Below the pieces are notes generated by a model, which did not search any database, was not told the DNA's origin, and saw only the letters and a program-made list of their open reading frames with translations. The position numbers and the translations under genes were made by a program. From assembly GCA_965197905.1 (NCBI GenBank), contig CBDAOB010000005.1:416001-480000 (forward strand): a DNA stretch of 64,000 bases, in the 5' to 3' direction. The number at the start of each line of letters is the position of its first letter. Position 1 is the first letter of the stretch. The DNA is from Candidatus Latescibacterota bacterium. Its GTDB lineage: Bacteria; Latescibacterota; UBA2968; UBA8231. Below, piece after piece: positions 19,680 to 30,607 of this stretch.

Positions 19680-22305
19680 TAAGCTCGATGGCTGCTCGGG
19701 CTCGCATCGTTGCCCTGATGTTCCTGCCCTGTCTAATTGGCGCAGCCCCAGTTTGTGCGCGAACGTTCGAGGTTCAACCTGGCGCCAATCAGCTTCAGGA
19801 CATACTGAGCCGCGTTGCCCCCGGCGATTCGATTAAACTGGCAAAAAGTGGCACCTACATCGAGAGCGCCGCTATCCTTTTGCCCGAATTTCCGCTGACG
19901 ATTCTGGCTTCGAACGACTTGGACAGCCGGCCGGTGCTGAAAACGGAAGGGCTGCTGGTCCAATCGGATCTTCGCGTTCAGTCTGTCGTATTCGACGGTG
20001 GGCATACTGCGGAGTATGCCATCCGTTCGCTGGCCCGCGAACCTAGCAGCCTGATCGTCGATATCGTGGAATTCCGAGTTCCGAATCTCACACCAGGGAA
20101 CCGGCGACCCCGCAGCCGATACAGCGTCCTTCACGATGCGGTAAGGCATTGGGATTTGCAGGGAAGGACATGGTCCGCGTTCTCCAGGTGTCAGGCAGCA
20201 CGTTTCACCGTCTCGGCGCGGCGGCCATCGAGGTTGCCCAAGGAGACGCTGCGCTCTCGGTGCGAATTGCGGATGTAACGATCCACGATGCAGCCGACGG
20301 CATCGTGCTCAATGATGTGGAACAGGCGGTAGTCTCCGGAGTCATTCTTTCCGCCATCCGAAACAATGTCGCCGGCGGAACTGAAAAGTTGACTGTTCGC
20401 AATTCGTGTGTTTTCGATTCGAAGAAACACCAGCACATAAGCGGCATCCGTTGTCTGAACTGCCTGGAAGCTAACCCGGAGTTCTACGACCCGAATGATG
20501 ATGACTTTTCTCTGCTTCCAGAGTCTCCCTGTCTTTGGCTCGGCAAGGGTTACACCCCAATTGGTGACCCACGATGGACGGGTGATGCTACCAAGATCGC
20601 GCGGTCCAAACGGGAGCGGGACGTGGCGGTGCGTTGGTCGGGCGGAGTTGGTGTGGGTGTTATTGCGGTATTTCTGGCGTTCTCGGCAATGCGCCGGCAT
20701 TTTCACAAATCGACATCGGCATCGTTGAGAGAAAGGGACGCCCACTATCGCCCTATCCTCGAAAGCAGCACAGATGGCATCGTATTTATCGATCCCAATT
20801 CGCACCAGATTCTCGAAATGAACGACGCTTTCATCGCCAGGCATAATCTGCAGAATTGGCCCGAAAAGGTGCACCAGGTCGAGGCGCTTTTCGACAATGA
20901 TGATGACTTGACCGGCCTCTTCGAGGCAGTGAACGACGACCGACCCTACTCCGCGCATCATCGCCTGAAGCTGGCAGATGGCTCAATCATGGACGCAGAA
21001 ATCGATGTCCATACCCTAGCGTTTCGCGGCAGCAAAACCGTGTGTCTGGTGACCCACGACATAAGTCAATGGAAAAACGAAACGCGGAAGCTGATAGAGG
21101 TAGAAGAGCACCTGCAACATCTGCTGAGTTCGAGCCCGGCTGTCCTCTACAGCCGTCCGTTGGATCAAACCTTCGGGTTCTCCTTCGTATCGGCGAGCGT
21201 AGCAAACCTGTTACAATTGCGAGTGGCCGATCTCTTGTCAGATCCACAGTACTTCAAATGGCGCATCCACATGGAAGACCTGCCAAGGGTGATGGGTGAA
21301 CAGCGACGAGTACTGAATGCGGGCAAACAAGCTCAGGAATACCGCATCCAGAACGGCAGAAGTGAGTACCGTTGGATCCGAGACGAGACCTTCCTGGTCT
21401 ATGACGACGACGGTAGTCCCCTCGAGATCGTTGGCACCATAGTCGATGTCACCTCGCGCGTAGTAGCCGAACAAAGCCGCATGGCAGTTGAGGCTGAGCT
21501 CGAACAGCAGAAGGTGCTGAGTATGCGCGCCGACCGTCTGAGATCACTGGGTGAGATGGCCGCCGGGATCGCTCACGAACTCAATCAGCCCCTAGTGGGG
21601 GTACGTGGATGTGCCGAGCACACCCTCATCGGGATGGAGCGTGGATGGGATATGGATGAGGAAAAACTGGTGGAACGACTGGAGACCATCATCGAGCAGG
21701 TGGACCGTATGGTCCATATCATTGACCACGTAAGGAGGTTTGCACGTCAAGCAGGCGACCCCCAAAAAAAACTCACCCAAGTAAATGATATCGTCACATC
21801 GAGCGTCAGTCTGCTCGGCACTCAGCTGCGACTTAGCGGTGTCGAGTTACGAACGACACTGGGAGTCCATCTTCCCGAGGTGTTTGTGAATCCTTTTTCT
21901 TTGGAAGAGGTTGTGTTGAACCTGGTTGTCAATGCAAGGGATGCTCTGGAAGGTCGGAATGGGGAGCATGATCCCCCGGTTGTTGAGGTAAGGACGGATA
22001 CCGATGAGAGGGGATGGGTGCGGATTGGTGTTGTCCACAATGGCTGTGGCATTCCTGCCGAACTGCAAGACCGCGTCTGGCAGCCTTTCTTCACCACGAA
22101 GGATCCCGATCGTGGTACGGGACTCGGACTTTCGATCTGCCGCACGATCATCGAACAATCCGCCGGTCGGCTTGAGCTCTCTTCTGGGATCGATCGGGGC
22201 ACGACCGTGACGATTATTCTTCCTCCGCCGGAGTTGGCAACGGCCGAAGATCCCACCGGTACAGCTGGTGGTCATGGGGCACTGGAATCAGACCAGCGTC
22301 CCTGA
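19676..22305 (+). pseudogene. Membrane sensor histidine kinase: signal peptide + beta-helix-like ectodomain + TM + 2 PAS + HisKA/HATPase; frame-disrupted near 20070-20150
   Basis: ORF 19676-20278 has a signal peptide and LQDILSRVAPGDSIKL..GTY. ORF 20149-22305 has NPEFYDP..DDFSL..ESPC..IGDPRW, a TM helix, PAS domains, GIAHELNQPL and PFFTTK...GTGLGL. Confidence 0.7.
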
Positions 22306-22312
22306 AGCCGGT

Positions 22313-25015
22313 TCAGCTAGTTGCCACACTGACGGACCGCTTCAGCGCATCGCTGACGAACTCGAGTAACTGCGCCCGACTGTACGAGCCCTTTTCGAGT
22401 ATGCCCTCCACGCGTTCGTCGAGCCGTTCTCGCTCTCCCGAACTCAGCTGCTGGGCCGTTACCACGACCACAGGGATATCCCGCCAATCTTCGTGCTTTT
22501 GAAGTTTTTCGACAACGTCGAAGCCGTCGAGTTCCGGCATCATCAGATCCAAGAGGATGAGATCGGGCGGTTGCCGGGCAACAGCGTCCATGGCCTCACG
22601 TCCATTCTCCGCCTCAGCCACCTGCCAGCCCTCCTTATCCAGGGTCCGCTTCATCATCGCACGGGTGTTGGCGTCGTCCTCTACGACCAATATGCGACCG
22701 GACGATTCAGGAATCTGTTGGCTCAACGCGGCGATCAAGCGGTCACTGGACACGGGTTTTGCGAGATAATCAGCTGCTCCCAATGCGTATCCTTTGCTGT
22801 GATCGTCGACCATCGTCAGCATGATCACAGGAATATGGGCGAGGTCCTCATCTTTCTTGAGCTCCTGTAGGACAGTCCAGCCATCCATTGTCGGCATGGA
22901 AACATCGAGCGTAATCGCCGATGGCCGCAGCTGTCTCGCCTTCTCCAGTCCTTCGAGTCCGTCCTTGGCTGCGACCGCGGAGAATCCCTCTTTTGTCAAG
23001 TAGCGCATGACAATCTGCCTTGCAGCTTCATCGTCGTCGATAACGAGAATCACCTCGCCTTGTTCGAGGTTTATCTCGTTCTCGTCGTTCTCGGTAGACG
23101 ATGAACTCGAAGAAACGGAACCGGCCTCTGCCGGCAAACGCATCGTGAAGGTAGACCCCTTTTCCGGTTCGCTCTTCAGGAGGATCTCGCCGCCCATCAT
23201 CTGACAAAAGTGCCGGGTGATCGCCAAACCTAGCCCCGTACCCCCGAACTTCCGGGTCGTCGATAGGTCCGCCTGTGCGAAAGCTTGGAAGACATTCGAC
23301 ATCTGCTCTTCCGTCATGCCCACCCCCGTATCAGTGATCTGGAAGACAATCCACTCTCTCTCATTCTCCGACTGACGCTCGACCTTTACGTAAATATTAC
23401 CCCCTGTGGTAAATTTGGCGGCGTTCGAGAGCAGGTTCATCAGGTTCTGCCTCAGCTTCGTCTGATCCGTCACCATCTGACCCACACCATCGGAAATCTC
23501 CAACTCCAAGACATTGTCGCTCTGTTTGACCAGTGGCTCAACTGTTGCCACTACCTCCTCTGCCAAGGCGCCGGCTTCAAATCGTTCGATGTAGAGCTCC
23601 ATTCGCCCGGCCTCGATTTTGGACAAGTCTAGAATATCGTTTATGAGGGAGAGCAAATGCTTGCCGGATCCGTGTATCTTCTCCAGATCCGTCACGAACT
23701 CATCATTTCCTTGGTCCGATGCGTCTTCCTGGAGCATCTCGCTGTAGCCTATGATCGCGTTCAGCGGTGTTCGCAGTTCATGGCTCATATTTGCCAGGAA
23801 CGAACTCTTGGCGCGGCTCGATTGCTCCGCCGCGTCCTTTGCTTCTCGCAGTTCATCTTCCCTTTGCTTGCGCTCTGTCAGATCCTGCGCGACACACACA
23901 TATCCCTGGATTCCACCTTCGTCGTGTTTGAGAGCCGCAGCAACGATGGCGACTGGTATGTGCCGTCCGTGCTTGTCTACGTAAATATCCTCAAGACTGT
24001 GAGTAACTTCATCGCCTGCAAGCTGCTCAATTTCAGACTCAATAAGCCTAGATTCCGGGGCCAGAATCTCCTGAAATGGCCGCTCGATAAGCTCCTCGGG
24101 GTCGAGTCCGAGCAACCTGCTAGTCGTTTGATTCACCATCTTGATGTTGACTTCGGCGTCGAGGACTATGAGAGAATTTCCCATCGACCTAATGATATTA
24201 TCCACGTAATTTCTCGAAACGGTAGTCTCTTTCAGGCTCTTCGTCATGGTTTGAAAAGACTCAACAAGATCGCCGACTTCATCACGACTGTTCGATGGGA
24301 TGTCAAGATCCGTTTCGAGCTGACCCTTTGCGACCCCAGCCATCGCTTCTGACAGCATCCGGATCGGCGACACAATTCTGTTGGTGAGCAGTACGAACAC
24401 AACCGTGAACAAGGCCAAAATCAAGATGCCGACTAGCAATGTGGCTCGGACACGAGATCGAACTTCATCCCCCGTATGCCCCAACTCTACATCCAATGCC
24501 AACTGTCTGTCGCGGATCAAGATTTGAAGTTTAGAATCGAGATCCGTCCTCGACACCGTCGCCGCTAGTTGTGATGTCTCCTCCGTGCTCAGGAATCCAA
24601 GGTCTTCTCCCTCCGCCTCACTCGCCAAAAGCATTTCTGCAAGTTCACGAGCTATGATTTGGTACTGGTCGACGTCCCTTTCAAGGTCCTGCAAATCGGA
24701 CAGCTCTGCTTCAGGTGTCAGCGCCATCAAGCGTCTCAAGTGTTCGACAAGGAGGGATTTCTCGCCATCGCTGGCGGTAAGGAGTGCGGGTTCGCCGATT
24801 ACGACGGCGTCTTCTATGAGTCGCGCCATGACATCGAATCTCGCTTCCAAGGCACTCGCGTGAGTAAACCGCGGCACCGATTCCTCTTTCACCTGCTCGA
24901 GGCGTGCAGGCACTATGTTGGAGGTTTGGAAATTCGTGTACATGATGAGCCCGACTGCAAGTGCAGCTCCAACCAGCACGAAGCCGAATTTTGTCCTGAG
25001 GGAAAACTGCGCCAT
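22313..25015 (-). CDS. Hybrid sensor histidine kinase (TM-HAMP-PAS-HisKA-HATPase-REC-REC)
   Basis: Motifs RDEVGDL (HAMP), FLANMSHELRTPLNAIIGY, NLLSNAAKFT and GGTGLGL. Two receiver domains at the C-terminus. Confidence 0.95.
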   Translation of the reverse strand: MAQFSLRTKFGFVLVGAALAVGLIMYTNFQTSNIVPARLEQVKEESVPRFTHASALEARFDVMARLIEDAVVIGEPALLTASDGEKSLLVEHLRRLMALTPEAELSDLQDLERDVDQYQIIARELAEMLLASEAEGEDLGFLSTEETSQLAATVSRTDLDSKLQILIRDRQLALDVELGHTGDEVRSRVRATLLVGILILALFTVVFVLLTNRIVSPIRMLSEAMAGVAKGQLETDLDIPSNSRDEVGDLVESFQTMTKSLKETTVSRNYVDNIIRSMGNSLIVLDAEVNIKMVNQTTSRLLGLDPEELIERPFQEILAPESRLIESEIEQLAGDEVTHSLEDIYVDKHGRHIPVAIVAAALKHDEGGIQGYVCVAQDLTERKQREDELREAKDAAEQSSRAKSSFLANMSHELRTPLNAIIGYSEMLQEDASDQGNDEFVTDLEKIHGSGKHLLSLINDILDLSKIEAGRMELYIERFEAGALAEEVVATVEPLVKQSDNVLELEISDGVGQMVTDQTKLRQNLMNLLSNAAKFTTGGNIYVKVERQSENEREWIVFQITDTGVGMTEEQMSNVFQAFAQADLSTTRKFGGTGLGLAITRHFCQMMGGEILLKSEPEKGSTFTMRLPAEAGSVSSSSSSTENDENEINLEQGEVILVIDDDEAARQIVMRYLTKEGFSAVAAKDGLEGLEKARQLRPSAITLDVSMPTMDGWTVLQELKKDEDLAHIPVIMLTMVDDHSKGYALGAADYLAKPVSSDRLIAALSQQIPESSGRILVVEDDANTRAMMKRTLDKEGWQVAEAENGREAMDAVARQPPDLILLDLMMPELDGFDVVEKLQKHEDWRDIPVVVVTAQQLSSGERERLDERVEGILEKGSYSRAQLLEFVSDALKRSVSVATS

Positions 25016-25018
25016 GAT

Positions 25019-25471
25019 CTAATCGGTGATTTTTACGACTCTAATTTGGTCGTCCTGCTGGCTCAGTCCCTCAACGACACCGATGGCGCCGGGATGACGG
25101 CCCGCGAACGCCATGACCTCCTTCGCCGTTGGCATTGTCCTGGGAACAGTGCCACCGCCGGAAAACAGCCGGCGCTTCCAGTAAGCCCGATACTGGCTGA
25201 GCGACTTTCCCAGAACCGCACGGACAAACTCCTGCGTCACCGGACCCGTACTTGACTGAAGCGCAGGTATGATCTTCTTGCCGGAAGCCCACGTGGACTT
25301 TCTCCCCAGAAAGATGGCCGCCAGTTCTGAGCGTGTGATTTCACGCACCTCATTCTCGGCGTTAATGACGATTGTCCCCGTGAAAGCTGTCGGTCCAGCT
25401 GCATGCCCGGTTGTGGGGAGCACCATGAAAACCGCGCAACAGAGCGTTAGAAGACAACAGTATTTGTTCAT
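25019..25471 (-). CDS. Small periplasmic protein, phosphate ABC substrate-binding-like family
   Basis: Signal peptide, then IVINAEN...ITRSELAAIFLGRK..W, YW....FSG.G..P and PGAIG.V. Confidence 0.8.
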   Translation of the reverse strand: MNKYCCLLTLCCAVFMVLPTTGHAAGPTAFTGTIVINAENEVREITRSELAAIFLGRKSTWASGKKIIPALQSSTGPVTQEFVRAVLGKSLSQYRAYWKRRLFSGGGTVPRTMPTAKEVMAFAGRHPGAIGVVEGLSQQDDQIRVVKITD

Positions 25472-25484
25472 CAGTTCACTATCC

Positions 25485-26549
25485 CTAAAACCCGAGTACA
25501 GCGGCGGCTTTTATCTCGTGGTAATCACGGCCTGGTAGGTCGCGGAGGCCAGCGCTGTTGGCTGCGCCCTTCAGGTAGTTCTCCTCCAGCTTCAGGATCA
25601 GACCCCCGCTTGTCTCGATATTAACTCCGAATATAACCCCGATTCCATGATTGCTTCCCGAACTGAGATTCGAGTCCACGAAATCCAATCTCAGGTATGG
25701 CGTAAAACCGGTGGAGATCTGGTAGGAAGGCTGGACGAACCACCCCAGCTGTCTCACCACGGCGTCGGAATCGGGTTTCCTGAAACCCAGCACTACCTCT
25801 GCTACTATTCGAAAAGCTTCGCGATCGTACTCTATCTCGATTCCTTCGCTCATTGTGTAGTCGTAGTCTGGCCCCGAGAGCTTGTCGAAATAAAAAGAGC
25901 CTCCCAGGTGGACTGTCGGTGACCGATCGTACCCAATTCGCGCGGTGACCGATTTCGCTTTGTTGTTATCCTCTTCAAACGGATTCGTCTCTTCTTGCTC
26001 GCCGTTTGCGATCAAAACATCGTAGTCGAGGTAGCCATCCCTGAGCACAACGTCGCCGTGAAGGCCTATGCCGGTACCCCATCTTGGAAAGAAACGGAAG
26101 GCGTCCTTGACGATGCGTTCGGTTTTGTTGGTACCAGCGGCCTCTTTGACTGATAGGAAGGCAGGTTTTGCCGTGTGTATTTCGTTGAAAATGCCGAAAG
26201 GTGTAAACATTTTTCCAAAGCGCAACTTGACGAGATCCGATACCGCATATTCTACAAATCCGTATTCGAGCGCCATATTGCCGCGGTTATCCTCACTCGC
26301 GCCCCCATGTTCCCATGTGACGTCCGTGGCAGCTCGTATCCTGTCGTCTACTTGGATGTTGAAGACCAAGTCGAAGAGGTCCGCATCGAAAGAAAAATTT
26401 GGATCGCCAGGCCCGTCTTCTGCATTTCCGAGTTGCTTTTCGAATTCAAAGCTCGTGTACCCATTTAGTGTGATCATGTCTCTGTCTATGGCCGTCGCCG
26501 GGACGTAGAGAAGAAGCGTGCATCCGAATACGATTTTGAGCATCCTCAT
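25485..26549 (-). CDS. Outer-membrane porin-like beta-barrel
   Basis: Signal peptide, LEYGFVEY, LRFGKMFTPFG.FNE, DNNKAKSVTAR and C-terminal Phe (AAVLGF). Confidence 0.8.
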   Translation of the reverse strand: MRMLKIVFGCTLLLYVPATAIDRDMITLNGYTSFEFEKQLGNAEDGPGDPNFSFDADLFDLVFNIQVDDRIRAATDVTWEHGGASEDNRGNMALEYGFVEYAVSDLVKLRFGKMFTPFGIFNEIHTAKPAFLSVKEAAGTNKTERIVKDAFRFFPRWGTGIGLHGDVVLRDGYLDYDVLIANGEQEETNPFEEDNNKAKSVTARIGYDRSPTVHLGGSFYFDKLSGPDYDYTMSEGIEIEYDREAFRIVAEVVLGFRKPDSDAVVRQLGWFVQPSYQISTGFTPYLRLDFVDSNLSSGSNHGIGVIFGVNIETSGGLILKLEENYLKGAANSAGLRDLPGRDYHEIKAAAVLGF

Positions 26550-26569
26550 TCCAAATCTCTCTTTACCAA

Positions 26570-27997
26570 TTGGGCGCCAGTACCTTTCTGACAAAGGTCT
26601 ACCACTGGAACGGTGGTTATCGCCTGCATTATCGGTCCGGCGATCGTCACCTCATCGCCGAAAGCAAAGACGGTTTTAATTGGACGAAGCCGGAATTCGG
26701 CGCGGTGGAATTCGAGGGCTCGACCAAGAACAACATCATCGCAGGCAGTGGCGAACACTACTTCGAGGATTCTTCGGCGCCTCCCGAAGAGCGTTTCAAG
26801 CTCATCGGCATGAAAGGTGGCCTTTACGACGCGGAGCGGAACAGCGATGGCAATTTTGTCCCGTACGAAGGCACTAGCGAGAAAGCCAAGGCCCTGATCG
26901 CCGAAGGGGGCGACGCTGGAGCGGTGGACACCTTCGACTTGCAGGAATCACCGGCGACGCGCATGACCTTTCGCGACAAGTGGGTGCAGCTGAAGGGATT
27001 TCTGGTGGGCAGCGTTTCCGCCGATGGCATCCATTTCAAGGAGCTGGAAAAATCGTTTCTGCCGGAGTGGGTGGATGGCGACAACCTCATCAGCTACGAC
27101 GAGGAGCTGGGAAAATACGTTGGTTACCTGCGTTTCCACCTGGCGGGCCGGCGCTGTGTCGGCATTTCCTACAGCGATGATTTCCGTACTTTCACGCCCG
27201 AGCAGGTGGTCCTGCAGATCGATTCCGCCGATCCGCCGGAAGATTCATTCTACAACCACAGCTATACACGTTACCCCGGGCGCAGCGATCTGCACGCCAT
27301 GTTCGTCTCCATCTTTCATCAGGACACCGGTTTGATCGACATTCAGCTGGCGGTCAGCCACGACGGTCTACAATGGGATCGCCCCAACCGGATCAAGCCG
27401 ATCATCCCCAACGGCCCCGACGGCAGTCCCGACTCCGGTTGCATCTACGTGGCCCCGGATCTGATCGAGCTGCCGGAGGGCCGATACGCCATTGCCTACT
27501 CGGGCCGGCTCAAAAGGCATATTGAAGGGGTTGGGGAAGACACGGACGATATCTATGAACAGGGCATCATCCGTTACGCCACCTGGGAGCGGGACCGGCT
27601 GGTTGGGATCAGGGCTAGGCAGCTGGGCAGCTTTACCTTGCGCCAAGACCGCTATCGGCGACCAGAGGATTGCCCCGACAGCATTGAGGTGCCACCGTTC
27701 GATCGTTTTCCTCCGGTGGCCGACCCGAACGAACCTCCAGGGCAGCTGCGAATAAACTACCGCTGCGAGATGGGAGGCTGGATACGGGCCGAGCTGATCC
27801 CGGTGATCGGACCCATGACCCATCCCCAGATCGATGCGCTGGAAGGCTACGGTTTCGCTGATTGCCACACCATGGATGGAGATGAGATCGACCAGGTGGT
27901 CACCTGGAGAGGCAAGGATAATATCGCCTGCCTGTCGGACACCATGGCGGTTCGAATCGAGATGTACCGCACTACGCTGTTTTCATTTTCTCTTTGA
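26570..27997 (+). CDS. Hypothetical glycoside-hydrolase-like 5-blade beta-propeller protein, apparently 5'-truncated
   Basis: Repeated S.DG..W/F motifs (ESKDGFNWTKP, SADGIHF, SDDFRTF, SHDGLQW). Starts at a TTG without an RBS, 20 nt from the divergent porin start. Confidence 0.65.
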   Translation: MGASTFLTKVYHWNGGYRLHYRSGDRHLIAESKDGFNWTKPEFGAVEFEGSTKNNIIAGSGEHYFEDSSAPPEERFKLIGMKGGLYDAERNSDGNFVPYEGTSEKAKALIAEGGDAGAVDTFDLQESPATRMTFRDKWVQLKGFLVGSVSADGIHFKELEKSFLPEWVDGDNLISYDEELGKYVGYLRFHLAGRRCVGISYSDDFRTFTPEQVVLQIDSADPPEDSFYNHSYTRYPGRSDLHAMFVSIFHQDTGLIDIQLAVSHDGLQWDRPNRIKPIIPNGPDGSPDSGCIYVAPDLIELPEGRYAIAYSGRLKRHIEGVGEDTDDIYEQGIIRYATWERDRLVGIRARQLGSFTLRQDRYRRPEDCPDSIEVPPFDRFPPVADPNEPPGQLRINYRCEMGGWIRAELIPVIGPMTHPQIDALEGYGFADCHTMDGDEIDQVVTWRGKDNIACLSDTMAVRIEMYRTTLFSFSL

Positions 27998-28045
27998 AAC
28001 GAACCCTTGTTATGAATTCACTGGCCGATCTCTCATGAGCTTTCA

Positions 28046-28810
28046 ATGACCGCACCGCTCCAGGATAAGGTCGCTCTGGTTACCGGAGGTGCGTCCGGAA
28101 TGGGCAGAGCCGCGGCCGTGGCTTTCGCCAAGGCGGGATGCAAGGTGGTCATCGCCGACCGCGATGCAACCGGCAGCGAAGCAACGGCGTCGCAGATCCG
28201 CCAGGCGGGTGGAGAAGTCGAATTAGTCTCGACGGATGTTACCAGGTTATCGGACGTCGAAAACATGGTGCAGGCGGCCGTCGAGAGATTCGGACGTCTG
28301 GATTGTGCCTTCAACAACGCCGGGATTGGCGGCACCATGTTCGTACCCACGGCCGACTACGAGGAAGCAACCTTCGATCAGGTCTTAAAGGTCAACCTCA
28401 AAGGAACCTTCCTCTGCATGAAGTGCGAGGTCCCGGCGATGCTGACCAACGGAGGTGGAGCGATCGTAAACATGTCCTCGGTGGCCGGTTTGTGCGGCGG
28501 CCCGATGGGCGCGGCCTACTACGCCAGCAAACATGGGGTTATCGGGCTTACGCGGGCTGCAGCGATGGAATACGCCGCAAAGGGTCTGAGGGTGAATGCA
28601 GTCTGTCCAGGATGGACCGAGACCCCACTCACCGATCCGGTAACAAGAGATAACCCGGAGCGTGAGAAATTCATTCTGGGGATGCACCCCATGGGTCGTC
28701 TATGCACCGTGGAAGAGGTAGCCAACGCGGTAGTGTGGCTGTGTTCAGACGGGGCTTCCTACATCAACGGGCACGCCCTGCCCATCGAAGGCGGTCGGCT
28801 CATCCGCTGA
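28046..28810 (+). CDS. Short-chain dehydrogenase/reductase (SDR)
   Basis: Motifs TGGASGMG, NNAG, YYASKHG and RVNAVCPG. Confidence 0.95.
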   Translation: MTAPLQDKVALVTGGASGMGRAAAVAFAKAGCKVVIADRDATGSEATASQIRQAGGEVELVSTDVTRLSDVENMVQAAVERFGRLDCAFNNAGIGGTMFVPTADYEEATFDQVLKVNLKGTFLCMKCEVPAMLTNGGGAIVNMSSVAGLCGGPMGAAYYASKHGVIGLTRAAAMEYAAKGLRVNAVCPGWTETPLTDPVTRDNPEREKFILGMHPMGRLCTVEEVANAVVWLCSDGASYINGHALPIEGGRLIR

Positions 28811-28963
28811 GCGCAGATCGCGCCCTGGTTGACCGTAGGTAAGCTTGGGCGATTGTGGGATGATCATTACCCCGGCGCCACCCGCAGTCGCGGTGCCGCA
28901 ACCCTGAACCATCTGGAAAAATATCTGCCGTGGCGAGGCCTCGTACTCTTCCAATTGTGGGAC

Positions 28964-29851
28964 TCACCTGTCGGTAACCACCTCCCCGTCGAACCCGCTC
29001 TCTACCAACCGGTCCACGAGCTCTTGAACGACGGTGGAATCTAGAGCGGCATTGTTGCTGATCTGAATGGTCTCGCCGACGTGGGTGAGTTTGGACAACC
29101 CGTTCAAACTGCTGAGCGCAGGGTTGTCGCTGATGCGCAGGTGGCGTTCAACGTATTCGAGTTTGCCAAGACCATCTACGTGAACCAGCGACTGGTTTTC
29201 CCGGATGTCCAGCTCCCATCGCGTGATTCGCGAAAGATTGCCCAGGCCGTCGACATTTGTCAGGGAAGGATTGTTCCAAATGGACAGGTCGCCGACCGCG
29301 GCAATTCCACTGAGGCCGTCCACATTGGCCAGGACCGGGTTGAGAATAATCTGGATCCCAACGACGCCCACGTGTGACAGATTCGACAAACCGTCGATAT
29401 GGGTCATCGAGGAATTGAACCCGACAATCAGAAACGAACCGACGCTGCGCAGTTTGCTCAGCCCGTCGAGCTCGCGCAGGTTGGCGTTGCTACCGATGTC
29501 GAGAAATCCGGTTACCGTCTCGAGGTTTTCAAGTCCGCGCAGGCTCAAAAGGGAACCGTTGTCGCTGATCAGCATGTCGCCGCCGACACCGGTGAGCCCC
29601 TCCAGCCCGGCCAGTTCCGTCAAATCCGTATTCTGGATCGTCAGATTCCTGGTGATCAGAAAAGACTCTCCGCCTTCAGTTGCCAGGTCGTTGAGGCTTT
29701 CTTGCGAATCGATGGCGTAGTCGCCACGCAACACCTTGTCGCCAGGTGATGCCCGATCCCCAGACGAGAGGGGGTCCTTGTTATCGCTGTCGCCGCAGTT
29801 GGCAAGCACGAGGAGCACGAGCAGCAGAACGGCGTGGCGAGTTGATGGCAT
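28964..29851 (-). CDS. Receptor L-domain/leucine-rich-repeat lipoprotein
   Basis: Lipobox LANC. Repeats of ~25 aa: L.I..N..L..LDGL..L..V.G. Confidence 0.85.
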   Translation of the reverse strand: MPSTRHAVLLLVLLVLANCGDSDNKDPLSSGDRASPGDKVLRGDYAIDSQESLNDLATEGGESFLITRNLTIQNTDLTELAGLEGLTGVGGDMLISDNGSLLSLRGLENLETVTGFLDIGSNANLRELDGLSKLRSVGSFLIVGFNSSMTHIDGLSNLSHVGVVGIQIILNPVLANVDGLSGIAAVGDLSIWNNPSLTNVDGLGNLSRITRWELDIRENQSLVHVDGLGKLEYVERHLRISDNPALSSLNGLSKLTHVGETIQISNNAALDSTVVQELVDRLVESGFDGEVVTDR

Positions 29852-29917
29852 GTTAGCTACTCCATGGTGACTGAGGTGATGGTTGCCCTCAGCGGAGGGA
29901 CCGTGTCACGTCTCCGC

Positions 29918-30340
29918 CTACGGTTCGGTCCAAAAGGAATACAACTCGGCGTTTCGCACAATGAAACGCAGGAGCACCGTCTGTTGACAACGGATTCCAC
30001 CTGATTCAGCTGGCCGTCAGTCGCGATTTGAAGAACTGGACGCGCTTGGGCGATCGCCAACCGTTCATTGGGCCGTCGAAGTGAGATTCGGGCGCCTACG
30101 ATCTAACCCAGCTCATCGGTCCATCGCGAAGCGATTTTCAATATTGTCGCGTCCCAGCCCCTGGTCGAGCTCGTCGGCGTGGAAGATCAGCTCCGGTGTG
30201 CTCCAGTTATCGAAGGATTCGCTCTTCGTCGTGCCGTCATTCGGCCCAATTGGGGTCGCAGGAGAGACCAGCCTGCAGACGCGTAGTGCTCCGTTGTGGG
30301 ATCCGCTCGAGGAGCGGTTCACAAGGCGGTTCCCTTTGGC
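29918..30340 (-). pseudogene. Degraded remnant of a beta-propeller protein of the 26570-27997 type
   Basis: Minus-strand fragments SESFDNWSTPELIFHADELD and the C-terminal TVLLRFIVRNAELYSFWTEP* (stop 29918-20), separated by stops and shifts. Confidence 0.45.
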
Positions 30341-30607
30341 CCGGTGACCCGGAATCTCTAGCCTACTGCACCGGTTGCCAGCTGCGAATATCAGATTCGC
30401 TACGGGATACCAAATTCAACCGGGCATCATGGTTCGTCGGTGTACATTGATTTGGGACCGGTATCGGAAAAAAACAGATTTTTTGTTTCGATTTCCATCT
30501 TGTCCTCGGGCGGTATTGGCCATATCGTAGTGGAAAATTTTCACTGACTAGTGTGTTCCGCTGTGTGCCGTGGTCCATACTTGCCAAAGGCGACAATCAT
30601 CGGAGGG

